A DNA stretch of 64,000 bases from the human T2T-CHM13v2.0 reference genome, Homo sapiens (GCF_009914755.1 NC_060936.1); one strand, 5' to 3'; positions 34,698-52,192 are shown, counted from the stretch's first letter. The notes: generated by a model from the sequence alone, not told the origin. Numbers and translations: made by a program.

Positions 34698-35826
34698 GCT
34701 GCTATACTTTGCTACTTTTAAGAAAAGTGCTATATCTTATTCAGTATTATAAGTGAGGAAAATATTTGCTGAATCACAGAAGTAGAATTCTGTTCCCAAT
34801 ATATAACCTGTGGTATAAGACAATCTGGGGAATCAAGAATTATGTTTACTATACAAGTCTATAATCATACCCGTGTCTTCCCAAAATTAGTTAAAATTAA
34901 CTTACAAATCGAACAGAAAGGGATCCTAACCAAGGGCTTTGAGTTCGCTGGTAACAACTTGGAACAAGAGCCTACATTTAGCCTGTGTCTTGAGACAAAC
35001 ACGGAGAAGCCAAGAGCAGTAACAAACTGCCAGCCTTACTGAGTCATGTTTCTGACTAAAACCGCGTTATGAAATGGAGAGAATGACATGTCTTGGGTTT
35101 AATCACCACAGATGTTAACTCCCTGAATTTTAGAGTTGCAGAGGAAAAAGAGCAAAAACCAAAAAAAAAAAATGTTCAGTAATAATGATGTGGGTCTCAT
35201 AGGACTCCAGAAAGAACCTGCCAAAGCTGCGAACTCTGCTTATTTACCTAAAACAAATCCTAACTGTGCAAACAGGCACACCCTCTGATGCCACAGAGCG
35301 GGAACGCCAAGGTGGGAGGAATTCAGAACAATCACAAGGTTAACGTTCCACTGAGAACACAGCCTCCACTGAGCGTCCACACTGCGCCAGAAGCCCTCGG
35401 TTAACGGAACCGCTCTGCTCCAAGGGGAAGGAGCACCGAACTCGAGTTAGAGCCCAGCACATTAACCAGGCACTTGGGTGACGCCAGGCCACCTCCAGCC
35501 TCCGCTCAGTACCGCACAGAGCCGAGCCGGGACGCCCCCAGACGCCGCGCCGGGAGCGATCCCAGCCCGCCGCGCTCCGCACTCCGGGCTCCTCCGCGCG
35601 CCCACCCTGGGAGAAGACGCGTCAGGGGCCGATTCGTGAGGCCAGCCCCCGGCGCCGCCGGCGACAAGAGATCCGGGGCCGCGACCTCTGCCCCGGCCAG
35701 AGCGGGGAAGTCCGAAGGTCGCCTCCCGCACAGCCGCCAGGCGCCGCCGCCCCCGAAGCCGCAGGCTGACTCCAGTGCGGGCTGGGGTGGAGGCCGACTG
35801 GCGCCGACACCGAGGCGCTCACTGAC

Positions 35827-35870
35827 CTGGAGAGGTGCTTCAAGATTTGTTTCTTGATGATCCCGGCCAT
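35827..35870 (-). CDS. BLTP3B: BLTP3B (UHRF1BP1L) coding exon 1
   Basis: Strong Kozak context ggtaccATGG, then MAGIIKKQILKHLS-AG|gtcagt donor. The phase-2 junction matches exon 2. It lies inside the CpG island. Confidence 0.96.
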
Positions 35871-36173
35871 GGTACCGAGGCTGGAGACGCCGCGGTCTCG
35901 TCCTGTTGCTCACTGCCTCCTCTCTTCGTGGCCGTCTCCTCTCTGTCCCGGCTAGCCCGGCCGGCGGAGAGGCGCTGATCGCTCACGACCGGGAGAGACC
36001 CAAGGCCCCGGCCAAGGCCACAGCCGCCGCCGAGAACCCGGAGCATCACGCTCAGGCCGCCACGGCCGCCGCGGGCGCCATCTTGGCTGCAGCATCACCT
36101 AAGAGACTCGGTGGAGGGCGGGGGCGGGGCGGCTCCAGGCGGGGCCGGCACGAGGCGGGGCGGGGCCAACGCC

Positions 36174-36228
36174 GGCTCTGGGCGGGCTCTGGGCGGGCTC
36201 TGGCTGGGCTCTGGCTGGGCTCTGGGCG
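36174..36228. repeat. Five copies of an 11-bp GC-rich tandem repeat (GGCTCTGGGCG / GGCTCTGGCTG) in the promoter
   Basis: Units start at 36174, 36185, 36196, 36207 and 36218. Confidence 0.9.
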
Positions 36229-36364
36229 GGGGCGGGAGGTTTGTGGCATTGGCGCCAGGGTTCTTAGCCCTCGCGACACAGGGCCCTTGACTCTCAATAC
36301 ACCATCCTTCTTGGCCTTAATCCTCCCTCCTTCCCTCTGCTGGTGTTCCCGCCTCCATCGCTGA

Positions 36365-36666
<302 letters not shown>

Positions 36667-37348
36667 TGATCCACCCTCCTAGCCTCCCAAAGTGCTGACA
36701 TTACAGGCGTGAGCCACTGCACCCGGCCTCCTTAGAATGTTTTAAGAATCGGCCATTAACTCCTGTGCTTGCTTTGCTCTCTTGACCTACTCACCTTTCT
36801 TCATATTCTTCCTTAGGTTTTTGTTTTTGGTGTTTTTTTTTTTTCTTTTGTTAAGGTGTCCTGCCTTTCCCTTACCTAAATGTGGCAATTTAATGTTTCC
36901 TTTGGTTATTGCTATTCTAAGGGAAGTAAAGGTTGACAATGGTTCCTAGTAGTCTAGGACCTAGGAATTAGAAGGTGTATAATTCAAGTCCTGGCTCTGG
37001 TATTTTCTAGCTGTGTTATCCTGGGGAAAATAATTTCTTTACTATTAGTTTCATTTTAATCATCTGTGAAATAGATTAATCATCAGCCTTACCCACTTCA
37101 CTAGGTTGAACCTAAAGGTGTAAATATCATATGAAAAGTTCTGTAAGGAAGGAAGGAAATTGTTGAACTAGGGAAAACTGTTACAATTCTACACCTCCAC
37201 CCCACCCAATCCCAAACAGAGCTAACATTTTCAGAGATTAAAATGACGACTTCTGTCATCCCAGCACTTTGGGAGGCCGAGGCAGGCAGATCACTTGAGG
37301 TCAGGAGTTCAAGACCAGCCTGACCAACATGGTGAAACTCTGTGTCTA

Positions 37349-37528
<180 letters not shown>

Positions 37529-37536
37529 TTACTCAG

Positions 37537-37931
37537 TGTTAAGTCAAGTTTAGCCTAACACTGCCTCCTTACGTAATTGAGTTCAGCCTAAAGGTTTTTC
37601 TGTACATCATGAACTTATGAAAATAAGCAGAGGTATAAACCGACCATAGCCCACACCTGTGCCAATCACTGAGTTTTGGCCAGATGTAGCCAACTGTTCA
37701 GACTGTGTTCAAATAAGGCAAACACTGAGCTGTAAGCAATCCAGTTGTTTCTGTACCTCACTTCCATTTTCTAGACCTCACTTTCCTTTTGCTGGCCAGA
37801 AATCTGCTCCCAGCATGTGGCTGTGCTGGAGTCTCTCTGAATCTGCTGTGATTATGGGGGCTGCCAGACTCAGGAATCGTTCATTGTTAAACTCCTTTAA
37901 ATTTAATTTGGCTGAAGTTTTTCTTTTAACA
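37537..37931 (+). mobile_element. MER57-like ERV1 solo LTR
   Basis: TG...CA ends, tgttaagtcaagtttagcctaa... and ...ttcttttaaca. Family name from recall. Confidence 0.75.
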
Positions 37932-38132
37932 CTAGTGATATCTAAAACAGGAAAAGAAATTGTACCACCCCTGAGGGATGTATTAGCAAGATGTGTGGTT
38001 GTACATCTTGGGAGTTGGGTGGGAAGTAGTTTACACATAGTCCAATAAGCTGGCCCTTTTTGAAGAATGGAAAGGATAGACGTGTAAGTTGACTACACTC
38101 AACATTTCATTTTATTTTTATTTTATTTTTGA

Positions 38133-38420
<288 letters not shown>

Positions 38421-38867
38421 TAAACCAGGCACTATTCAAGTATCCTGGGGTTGCCTAAATGAAAACAAAAATCTCTGTTCCTGCCATCAGAGTTAACGGC
38501 CTGGCTTGGAAGGCAGACTCATGTTACTTACACCTTCAGCTCTGTTAGTAGACTCTGGTTCAAATGCTGGCCACTTTATAACTGTGTAAACTTCAGCAAA
38601 TTAATCTTTCTCAGCTTCAGTGATCTCATGTGTTAAGAGATATTATTATTAGTAGCTACTGTTAACCTGCCTTATAGCAAACTCAATAAAGGCTAGGTAT
38701 TATTAATTACTTTACCAAAAACAAGCAAAGTGCTATAAGAACACAGAGGAAGGAGTAATTCATTTGGGGACAGACTTATAGTAGAGGTATTATTTCAAAG
38801 ATATGAATAAATCCATTTAATTTTTTTAAAAAAATGGACCCTGAAATCAAAGACTTGGATTTAAAAC

Positions 38868-39628
38868 TGAAGCAGGAGGGTTCCCTGACTTCACTCGCAG
38901 GACTAACACTAATGCACGAAGTACACAGGGGGGTGGCTCATCTGCTTGGCTACCGAGCACATGCAAACCCCTAATAGGACAGGGAGCACACAGATGGGCA
39001 AGTGCAGAAGCCGGAGCAAGGACTTTTGAACTCTGGCCCCATGGTAGCGTCTAGGGGTGGGTAACTGCAACTCCTGAAGCCCAAGTGGGCATGCGTTACA
39101 CTGCACTCTTTTAGCTTTGTTGTCCACAGATAGCTTAAGTGTTAACTAGCTCAGTGCCCTCTTAGTATCCAGGTCATTGTCAGGCATCCAGAAAGAGGTC
39201 ACACAGGGACTTGAAGGACGGTGAATGTGGGGTTTTATTGAGTGGTAGAGGTGGCTCTCAACAGGATGGATGGGAAGCTGGAAAGGGGATGGAGTGGGAA
39301 GATGATCTTCCCCTGGAATTTGGCCATCCAGTGGCCAAACTCTTCTCAGCGTTCAGTCACTACTTCTCTTGTCTCTGCTGCACTGGTCTGCCATTCTTCT
39401 GCTCATCTGTTCATCTCCTTGTCTGCTCATCTGCTTGTGGAGCCTGGGGTTTGGGCTTTCTATGGATACAAGATAGGGTGCTGTGGCAGGCCAAAAGGCA
39501 ACTTTTGAGCACAAAAACAGAAATGCCTGTTCCCATTTAGGACGGTGGGTTTCCAGGCTTGAGAGTAGGGCATTTGCCAGGGAACCACTCTGTTCTACCC
39601 AGTATTTCCCTGTCTCCTGTCCATATCA
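38868..39628 (-). mobile_element. ERV1 solo LTR (LTR1/LTR27/MER52-like)
   Basis: Minus strand begins tgatatggacaggagacagggaaatactgggtagaa. TG...CA ends with a 4-bp TSD aaac (38864-38867 and 39629-39632). Confidence 0.8.
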
Positions 39629-39663
39629 AAACTGAACTCTGCAGATATTTAGCTATGCTGGTT

Positions 39664-40146
39664 GTGGTAGGGTGACCCCCAAATTGGGGTTCAGGCTGGG
39701 AGGCTACTTGGGTTCCTGCCTTCTGCAGGAAAGAATTCAAGACCAAGCTGACAAGAGTAAAGTGAAACCAAGTTTGTTAAGAAAGTAAAGAAATAAAAGG
39801 ATAGCTACGCCATAAGCAGAGTAGCAGCATGGGCTGCCCAACTATACTTATGGTTATTTCTTGATTATATGCTAAACAAAGGGTACATATTCATGAGTTT
39901 TCTAGTAAGGGTGCAGGGAGTTCCTGGAACTGAGAGTTCCTCCCCCTTTCAGATCATATAGGGTAATTTCTCCATGTTACCATGGCATTTGTAAACTGTC
40001 ATGGCCCTGATGGGAGTTTCCTTTAGTATGCAAATATATTATAATTAGTGTTTAATGAGCAGTGAGGATGACCAGAGGTTGCTTTCATGACCATCTTGGT
40101 TTTGATGGGTTTTGGCCAGCTTCTTTACCTCATCCTGTTTTATCAG
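39664..40146 (-). mobile_element. MER4-group ERV1 LTR fragment
   Basis: aggaaagaattcaagacc and attataattagtgtttaatgagcagtgaggatgaccagagg are typical of MER4-group LTRs in reverse orientation. Confidence 0.6.
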
Positions 40147-41662
<1,516 letters not shown>

Positions 41663-41840
41663 AGGATAGTTTGAAATCAGCCATGATGACAGTATTTACA
41701 ACATAGAAAGCAGGGCTTTTTCCCCTAGAGATCTAGTTGTTAAGCATTCACCAGCACAAGACTATAAAATGAGTTTAGGCTGGGCGCGGTGGCTCAGGCC
41801 TATAATCCCAACACTTTGGGAGGCCGAGGCTGGTGGATCA

Positions 41841-42117
<277 letters not shown>

Positions 42118-43131
42118 TCATTTTATAGGAAATAGTGAGTCCTGAAGACCTCTATGATGGGTTAATTGGGGAAGATGTTCATATTTCTGAGTCAGAAAAA
42201 TATTTACAGACAATTTTGCTGTCAGTTCAGAGGATGGAGAACAGAATGGAGGCAGAAAGGGCATTGAGAAGGTGGTGGCATTATTTCAGGTGAGAGGTAA
42301 GACAGTATCAGTAGAGGTGAAAGAAGGTAAAGGACACATGCCAAAGATTAAATCAAGGATAAATATTGAAGGTAATTGAGGTTTTTGCTCGGGGCACGCC
42401 ACTAGTTAAGTAATATAGTTGGACAGGCAGTTTTGGAGATAAGATCCTGTTGAATTTCTTGCTGTTAAGGCTTTCTGAGGATTTCTCAGTGGAAATTTTG
42501 TAAGGTTATAGTTTTGGGTGGAAATTCTGGTTTACGAATCGTGGTAGCTGAAGCCAAGAACAAGAATAATCTTGATCAAAGGGTATGTAAGTCATGAGGA
42601 AAGGAAAAAGAAGCTTAAATGAGAAAGGGTGGATAAACAGGAGAGACAAGATGGAAAGAGCATTTTTTTTTTTTTTTTTTGAGGTGGAGTCTAGCTCTGT
42701 CACCCAGGCTGGAGTGCAGTGGCGCAATCTAGGCTCACAGCAACCTCTGCCTCCTGGGTGATTCTCCTGCCTCAGCCTCCTGAGTAGCTGGGACAACAGG
42801 AGAGCACCACCACGCCCAGCTAATTTTTTGTATTTTTAGTAGAGACGGGGTTTCACCATGTTGGCTAGGCTGGTCTCGAACTCCTGACCTCAGGTGATCT
42901 GCCTGCCTCGGCCTCCCAAAGTGTTGGGATTACAGGTGTGAACGAGCATGCCTGGCCTGAAAATAGCATATTTTAAAGGATGAGAGATAAATAGAAATGA
43001 TGGCTGCTCTATGATGTAAGATTTACAAAGTATTCTTTACTTGACTGGAATAAGAGATCTTACAACTTTTGTTTTTAAGGGTTTTTAGATTTTATAACTT
43101 TAATATTAAATTGGAGAAAATAGAATGACTA

Positions 43132-45040
<1,909 letters not shown>

Positions 45041-45482
45041 CTCTTTATTTGTTTGTTTGTTTGAGACAGGGTCTCGCTCTGTCACTCAGGCTGGAGTGCA
45101 GTGGCACAATCTCTTCTCATTGCAACCTCCAATTCCCAGGATTGTCCCTCTACCTTCCTACCCCAACCCTTCTTCATGGAGCTCACCTGGGCCTTGCCCC
45201 GCCTCAGCCCCACACTTCTACTGATTATAAAGAGATACCCCCCTTATTTGTCTGACTTTGGAATCTTTACCTCTGGCCCACAGCCATCCTGGGCTCTGCC
45301 CCCTTTTGTACACAAAGCCTTTGTCTTCTTAGGAAAATGACCAGGTTCTGCCCATAAAAGTATCCTACCTGAAAGGGAGGTGGAGAGAGAGTGCCTCATG
45401 GAAAATCACAGAAACACATTTCTTTGCATCTGAATGCTTCCAGTACCTCACTTTGTCAGCAAACCTACTCTGGGTTAGACCC

Positions 45483-45900
45483 CAGCATCCTTAGCCTTTT
45501 TGTGCCGTGGCCTTCTTTGGTATCTGAGGAAGCCCATGGACTGCTCAGAATAGATTTTTTTTTTTAAGTGCACAAAATAAAATACAGAGAGCAATGGAAA
45601 TAAATTATATCAAAATAAAGTTTATGAAAATATTTGTGATATTACATGATATGCTTTATTGGCACATTAAATAACAAGATCCAAAGTTAGGTCTAATTAC
45701 TATAATTTTGAGGTAATGATGAGCAAAAATGCTATCCCGAGATGTCTGCAACAGCTGCAGTGTAATATGAAAATATCTGTGATTTCTGTTGGTAACAAAG
45801 TAACAGGTGCTGCTAACACTAATGAGGTTTGTTCCTAGCAACATTCGCCATGGAAGGAAAAGCTCAATTTCAATTAAAGTTTAGAGAAAATCAAGATGCA
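45483..45900. mobile_element. hAT-Charlie (MER119-like) DNA transposon remnant
   Basis: cctttttgtgccgtggccttctttggtatctgaggaagcccatggac...ctcagaata resembles MER119 (recall). Confidence 0.55.
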
Positions 45901-45939
45901 ATCACCCTCCTCCCATCTTTCTCAATTTTTTAAATTATT

Positions 45940-46449
<510 letters not shown>

Positions 46450-47995
46450 CTCCCTCCCGGGTACCATCATACCTGCTAGTGTGGGGTCTTGCCTCCCTCC
46501 CGGGTACCGTCATACCTGCTAGCGTGTGACTGAAGGCAGTGTCCCTGGCCCCAGCTGAAGGACCATAGCCAGCCAGTGGGCTCAGGCACCTTGGCCTGTT
46601 GCTCCTAGGGGTCGCCTATGCTATTCAGCCAAGGGGATGACAGTGCCTGCTGGCTTGGCTGAGCTCCAGCCAGGCTTCCCCCACCACTGACTCTCGCTCT
46701 TCTTTTCCTGGCAGGAAGGGCCCAGCCTCATCTATGCGACCTGTAGCCCCCCAACCAGCTGAGGCTCCCCTCTTAGACTTGTAAATCTATGGCCACTGGC
46801 ATCTGGCTGCCTGCACTCCCTGCTTCCCCCAGGGTCCTGGGCTTTCTGACCACCCAGGGGGGACTTGGGCACTCCCTCCAGCCATGCATCCCTTTTAGCT
46901 TCATCCTCTTGGTTCAAGCAATGTTCTTTGTCTGTCAGGCCTGGTGGCTGTTGTGTAGGGCTCCCCAAAGCGAGGGGTGGCCCTGGGCCAGTGGGTTGGA
47001 AGACAGGGTGACAAGTGGGAAGCCCGAGGGGGCTGAGTTTCGGTCTGAACTGTGGGTGCACTGCCTAGATGCCGTGTGACAGGCCAGCATGTGTGGGGTG
47101 GGGAGGGCCGCCGCAGCCCCCAGGCATTACCTGTGAAGCTCCGGCTCCTCCATCTTCCTCCCCTTTCCCTTTTAGCCCCTCTTTTCCAGGAATCTTGCCA
47201 CATCCACACTTGTGTCCTCCCCTCCCTGGCCCTCCCACCACTGCTGCAGTGCGTTGCGCTTGCCTTACCAGCTCTCTCCTCACTTTTCTCTCTCCCGTTT
47301 TCTCTCTGCTTTCTCTCCAACTGCCAGCCAATGGGGTCAGGCAAATCCATCCCATCCTGAGAGCCCCAGGGCCCTCTTCTACCTCTAAACAGATCCCTCC
47401 TCTTCTCAGAGACCTTCCTTTCCAAGCCTGCCTGGACGACTGTTCTGTGACTTGACAGTGGCTCCCCTAGCCCCAAAACCAGCCCCCTTCATCTGTGATG
47501 GTCTGTTGTAGTGGTGAGCTGACACATCCAGGCATAACCTTTGGTGAAAACTTGTGCCCCCTCTGTGGTACACCCCTGCCCTGTTCTATAAATACTCATA
47601 TATATATACATATACACACACACATATATGTATATATATGCATATATATACATACACACATATGTGTATATATACGTGTGTGTGTGTGTACATATATGTA
47701 TACACTCCTACACATGGCCGACTGCCTCGCCTCTAGCGCTGGGAATCAGTCACCGTGCTGTCCTTGTGGAGTCTTGTGACCCAACTACAAGAGAACACTG
47801 TCCCCCAACAATCCCCATCCAAAGTCCATCACCTCCAGTGAGCCTCCCTGTCATGCCTGGCCTGTGGACAGCCAGTCCCCACCATCCCTCCTGCCGCCCG
47901 ACAAGCTTGGGGGTGCTGTGCAGACAGCTGTGTGGCCCGACAGTCTCTACCAGTCCTGCTGTCCCTTGGCTGGGAATAAAACCCATTTCTAAGTG
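46450..47995 (+). pseudogene. DNM1 (dynamin 1) 3'-end pseudogene fragment: alternative terminal exon 46715-46784, last exon coding part 47328-47388, 3' UTR with AATAAA at 47975-47980
   Basis: cag|G-KGPASSMRPVAPQPAEAPLLDL* and cag|C-QWGQANPSHPESPRALFYL* correspond to the dynamin-1 C-termini RKGPASPTRPAAPRPTEAPLLDL and RSGQASPSRPESPRPPFDL (recall). It lies tail-to-tail with the GOLGA2 copy, as at the parental locus. Confidence 0.88.
47598..47704. repeat. (TA/CA/TG)n microsatellite in the DNM1-derived 3' UTR
   Basis: Directly visible. Confidence 0.9.
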
Positions 47996-49091
47996 ACGGG
48001 GAATGTGTCCTCTGCTGGTTGCGTTCTCTGTGGAGCTCAGGGGAGGGGAAGGGTCAACCCATTACCAGGGTGCTATTGGGAGTGGTAAAAAGGCCACATC
48101 CTTTCCAAGGGACGCTTCCTGGAAAGCCTCCGGAGCTTAGCAGGCTCTCATCCTGTGAAGCCGGCTCTGGCCACTAGGGGGCAGGGCCATGAACTCAGAT
48201 TGGAGGAAGCCTGTGGGGCAGCTGGCAATCTAGAGGGACAGACAGAACAGGCCACCAGGTGCAGACAGGCGAGGGAGGCAGGAGAACAAAATGGAAGACA
48301 ACTGGGCTGGATGGAAGTCAGTGACCTTGGATGCTGGCACCTGCCTTACTTGCCACTGCTAGATCAGGCTTCCGAGCCTGTTGGCCGTCCAGGCCCCATG
48401 GTCACCCATAGGTGCCATGGCAGTTCCTGTGGAATTCCCCAGGTGTTACCAGGCAGCATACAGGTAACAGGCCTGGAAGGTCCCCAATACCCCAGCTGGA
48501 CATGCTCACTTTGGGGCTCCCTGTTCAGTGGCACAAACTCCATGACCCAGTGAGGGAAACAGGAATACACCAGGCCAAGCAGTATATGGCTAAATACATT
48601 CCAAAATAAAAAGCAAAATAAACAGGAGTCGCATCACCACAGTGCCACGACCCCATCTCTGCCCCTTCCCCTGGCCTATGCTATCAATAAATAAGTTTTC
48701 CAGCCCCAAATAACTATCAGAACTTCCTACCCATATGCCAGCTCCAACCTCTGCTATGTATGACACAGGAGGTGGCCCTACCACTGGAATATACAAAATG
48801 TTACACGGATATAGTATGTACACTAAGGGGGGCCACTCCAGAGCCTGTGCCCTCACCTGGTCTACATTAGCCCCATTGTCCTGCCTCAGCCGCCTCTCTG
48901 AGTAAGAAGATGGGAGCCCCCCTGAGGAAAAAATTGCTTTGGTGAGAGTTAAGGAGGCCATTAGGCCTCCTCCAAACAAGCCAATTCTATAAGCCTCTGA
49001 CTCTTAAAACAATAATCATCGTCCAGAAATTTAAGGAGTCAGCTCTGGCCAAGGTGGCAAAGGGTCTGCATGTTTGCCTCCCCCTGATTAG

Positions 49092-49545
<454 letters not shown>

Positions 49546-49852
49546 TCATAACTTCTCATAACTTTTATACCATAACTTTTATCCCATAACATTTTTAATC
49601 CTATAACTTTTTATAATCCCATACATTTTTTTTAAAATCCCATACCTTTTTAAAATTTTTTATTTTTTTATTTAGTGGCCTTTTAGATTATGGTGATCTT
49701 CACCTCATCTCCACCTGTCTCCCCACATTAGACAGGGGTCTTATGCTTGCTACTGTGAGGGTAAAGGGTTGACTGGGAAGGGGTGGTAGGGACATGGTAG
49801 GGGCAGAGCCTCCAGCCCCACTTCCCCAGGTTTTGCTGACAGTGGCCGGCTT

Positions 49853-50067
49853 TTAGATGATGGTGATCTTCACCTCATTGTTCTCATCAGTCTGGTACAA
49901 AAAAGGAATGCAAGGGCTGCTGCCCAAGCCTGGGTGCTCCTGGAGGTTCTGCATCTCATGAAGCAGTTGCATGATCTGCTGCTCAGTGGGGTTGTCACAG
50001 GGAGAATGCTTCCCCGCCTCTCCTTGTGCAGACTCCCCACTGCTGGCAAGGCTCACCTCACAAAGAT
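49853..50067 (-). pseudogene. GOLGA2P5: GOLGA2P5 terminal exon remnant (GM130 GRASP65-binding C-terminus)
   Basis: aag|(D)[70 protein letters not shown], compared with GM130 ...CIPFFYRADENDEVKITVI (recall). Confidence 0.92.
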
Positions 50068-50240
50068 CTTTGGAGAGAGGGAGGCAGGGTGCTGTGGGAG
50101 CCCTCCCCTGCTCCTGCGTGCCCACTGTGCCTGAGGACTCTACTCACTACCCTGGCTTGTCAGTAGCCCCAAGCTACTGGGGGGCGGGGGCCCCTGGAGT
50201 GGGCTCATCAGCAGGGTTCTGGGCAGCTGCCAGGAATCTG

Positions 50241-51309
50241 CTATGCCACTTGTTGCAGTCGTCCACAAGCCACGCCAGCTCCAGCAGCTTCACCTGGAGG
50301 GAGGGGTGCTCAGCTGCTCTGCCTGTGTCTGAGACCATCCCCAACCCCACCCCCTCTACCCTCCACCCTCCACCCCTACAGAGATGTTCCACGCCCTACC
50401 TTCACCTCTCCCTTGTCCTGGGCCAGCCTGCTGATGCACTCCTCCTCCTTCCGCACTGCCCTCTGGCTCTGGTACAGTGCGATGTACTCTCCTGCAGGAG
50501 GACAGGACTCAGACGCTGGGGCCCCTCTGACCAATGTGCAGCTCTCTTTGCCGTGCCCTGGCTTCCCACTCCCCGATGGTGTCTGTCTCTCTCCAGACAG
50601 CTAGATGCAGCAATGTTCCAGTTCCTCAACCCTCTCCTTCAAGTCCACCTTCTCTCCTGCATGAGCTCCATAAAGCGGCTCTGGAGCCAAAATAATGGGG
50701 TCACATTAAGGCAGCGACCTTCCTGCCCCAACCCTTCTTGGCCCATGCCAGGAAAGACTCACCCACAGCTTCTCCATGGCCCCCTGCAGGGCCTGGTGGG
50801 TCTCCCCACACATGGGATCACCCCCAGTTCTTGGGGCTGGGGCTGCTGCCTCAGGTTCCTTCTGGGCCGAGGCCAACAGATGAGCCAGGCGCTGGCAGTG
50901 CACTCCTTCAGCTGCCCACATAGCCGTGCCTGCTCCTCCTCGGCACTAGCTACAGCTGAGTTGAAAAATGCCACCTGCAGGCAAGAGGTACGCATTCTTA
51001 TGGGGGATACACAGGATGAACGGGGCAGGGAGGTGGAGAGCAGGCCTTGCCTTGGGGGGCCTCAGAGGATGCACCTGTTAGTCACAGGTGAAATGGTGTC
51101 TGACCACTGGCTCCCAGGGAAGGGGTGAGGGACCAGAGAAATCAGAAGGCCAGGAACCCAAGAGCAGAAGGGGGTCTGGGAGGGACCACAGAGGGAGGCA
51201 GCAAAGGTGGGGCAGGGGGAGTCAGGCTCACCATGGCCTTCTGGCTCTCTAGATCCTCCGGGATGCTTGGCATGGGCTGAGGCACCTCCTCCTCCTCCTC
51301 ACTGTCCAT
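50241..51309 (-). CDS. GOLGA2P5: Possible spliced 144-aa ORF within GOLGA2P5 (putative golgin A2B); translation doubtful
   Basis: Joining 51309-51232, 50974-50763, 50491-50400 and 50293-50241 via canonical GT-AG gives MDSEEEEEVPQPMP...GRLQQVA* (26+70+1+30+1+16 = 144 aa). Only the first 50 aa or so are in the GM130 frame. Confidence 0.4.
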
Positions 51310-51436
51310 CTCCTGTTGGGGGTGGCCAGAGAGGTCCTCAGACAACCCAACAAGGGCAGAGTGGGCCCACCTCTGCCCCCACCCTCACTGTGTAACCCTA
51401 GGCCAGCCCCTCCCTAGTGGGGAATGAGCAGCTGTT

Positions 51437-51726
51437 CTTTATTTTGAAACAGTCTCATTCTATCATCCAGGCTGGAGTGCAGTGGCATGATCTGAGCTCA
51501 CTGAAACCTCTGCCTCCTGGGTTCAAGCAATTCTCTGCCTCAGCCTCCCGAGTGGCTGGGATTATAGGCGCCCGCCACCACACCCGGCTAATTTTTGTGT
51601 TTTCAGTAGAGACGGGGTTTCACCATCTTGGCCAGGTCGGTCTTGATTGAACTCCTGACCTCGTGATCCACCCACCTCAGGCTCCCAAAGTGCTGAGATT
51701 ACAGGCATGAGCCACCGTGCCCGGCC
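51437..51726 (-). mobile_element. AluS in a GOLGA2P5 intron, next to the 7SL pseudogene
   Basis: Alu consensus with TSD tctttatttt. Confidence 0.88.
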
Positions 51727-51740
51727 TCTTTATTTTTTAA

Positions 51741-51926
51741 AGAGCCAAGATCTTGCTATGTTGCCCAGGTGCAGTCCCACTACCAATAGGCATGGGAGTT
51801 CCGACCTGCTCCATTTCTGACCTGGGCCAGTTCACCCACCCTTAGGCAACCTAACCTGGTGGTCCCCTGCTCCCAGAAGGTCACCATATTGGTGCCAAAC
51901 TTAGTGTGGACACCTGGTTGGCATAA
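51741..51926 (-). pseudogene. 7SL (SRP RNA, RN7SL) pseudogene fragment in a GOLGA2P5 intron
   Basis: The reverse complement matches the 7SL S domain, which Alu lacks: ggtgtccacactaagtttggcaccaatatggtgacc...ggaccaccagg...gcctaagg...gaactggcccaggtcagaaatggagcaggtc. Confidence 0.9.
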
Positions 51927-52192
51927 TGACCAGCTGTTCTAAAAGTCTGTTTCAGCTCCTCAATCCTATGCTGCTAACAGTTCCCGTTTCCTCCTGGGGC
52001 TCTCTCCTCTTCCTGTGAGCAGTCTCCGGTACCTTCCCCAGGGAGAGCCATGAGGCTCAACTGGGCCTGAGGCTGCTGGTTCTGCTGGCTGATAGCTTCC
52101 AGGTGCTCCTAAGGGGCCAAGAAAGGGAGTGAGAAGGCACAAAGGTTGCCAGGTCGTTACCCTCAGGGCCCTGCCCTGAGCAACTCCCTCAC

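Noticed and set aside
35340-36364. Several overlapping Arg/Gly/Pro/Ala-rich ORFs in the CpG island
   Set aside because: They reflect stop-codon scarcity in GC-rich DNA. Only the BLTP3B exon and the leader uORFs have supporting context.
46732-48979. Many overlapping ORFs between the DNM1 and GOLGA2 remnants
   Set aside because: This is GC-rich intron and UTR sequence plus a microsatellite, with no coherent protein similarity beyond the two short DNM1 exons.
49971-51128. 385-aa plus-strand ORF, the longest in the track
   Set aside because: It runs antisense across GC-rich GOLGA2P5 exons and introns, has no recognisable domain and has the composition of a shadow ORF.
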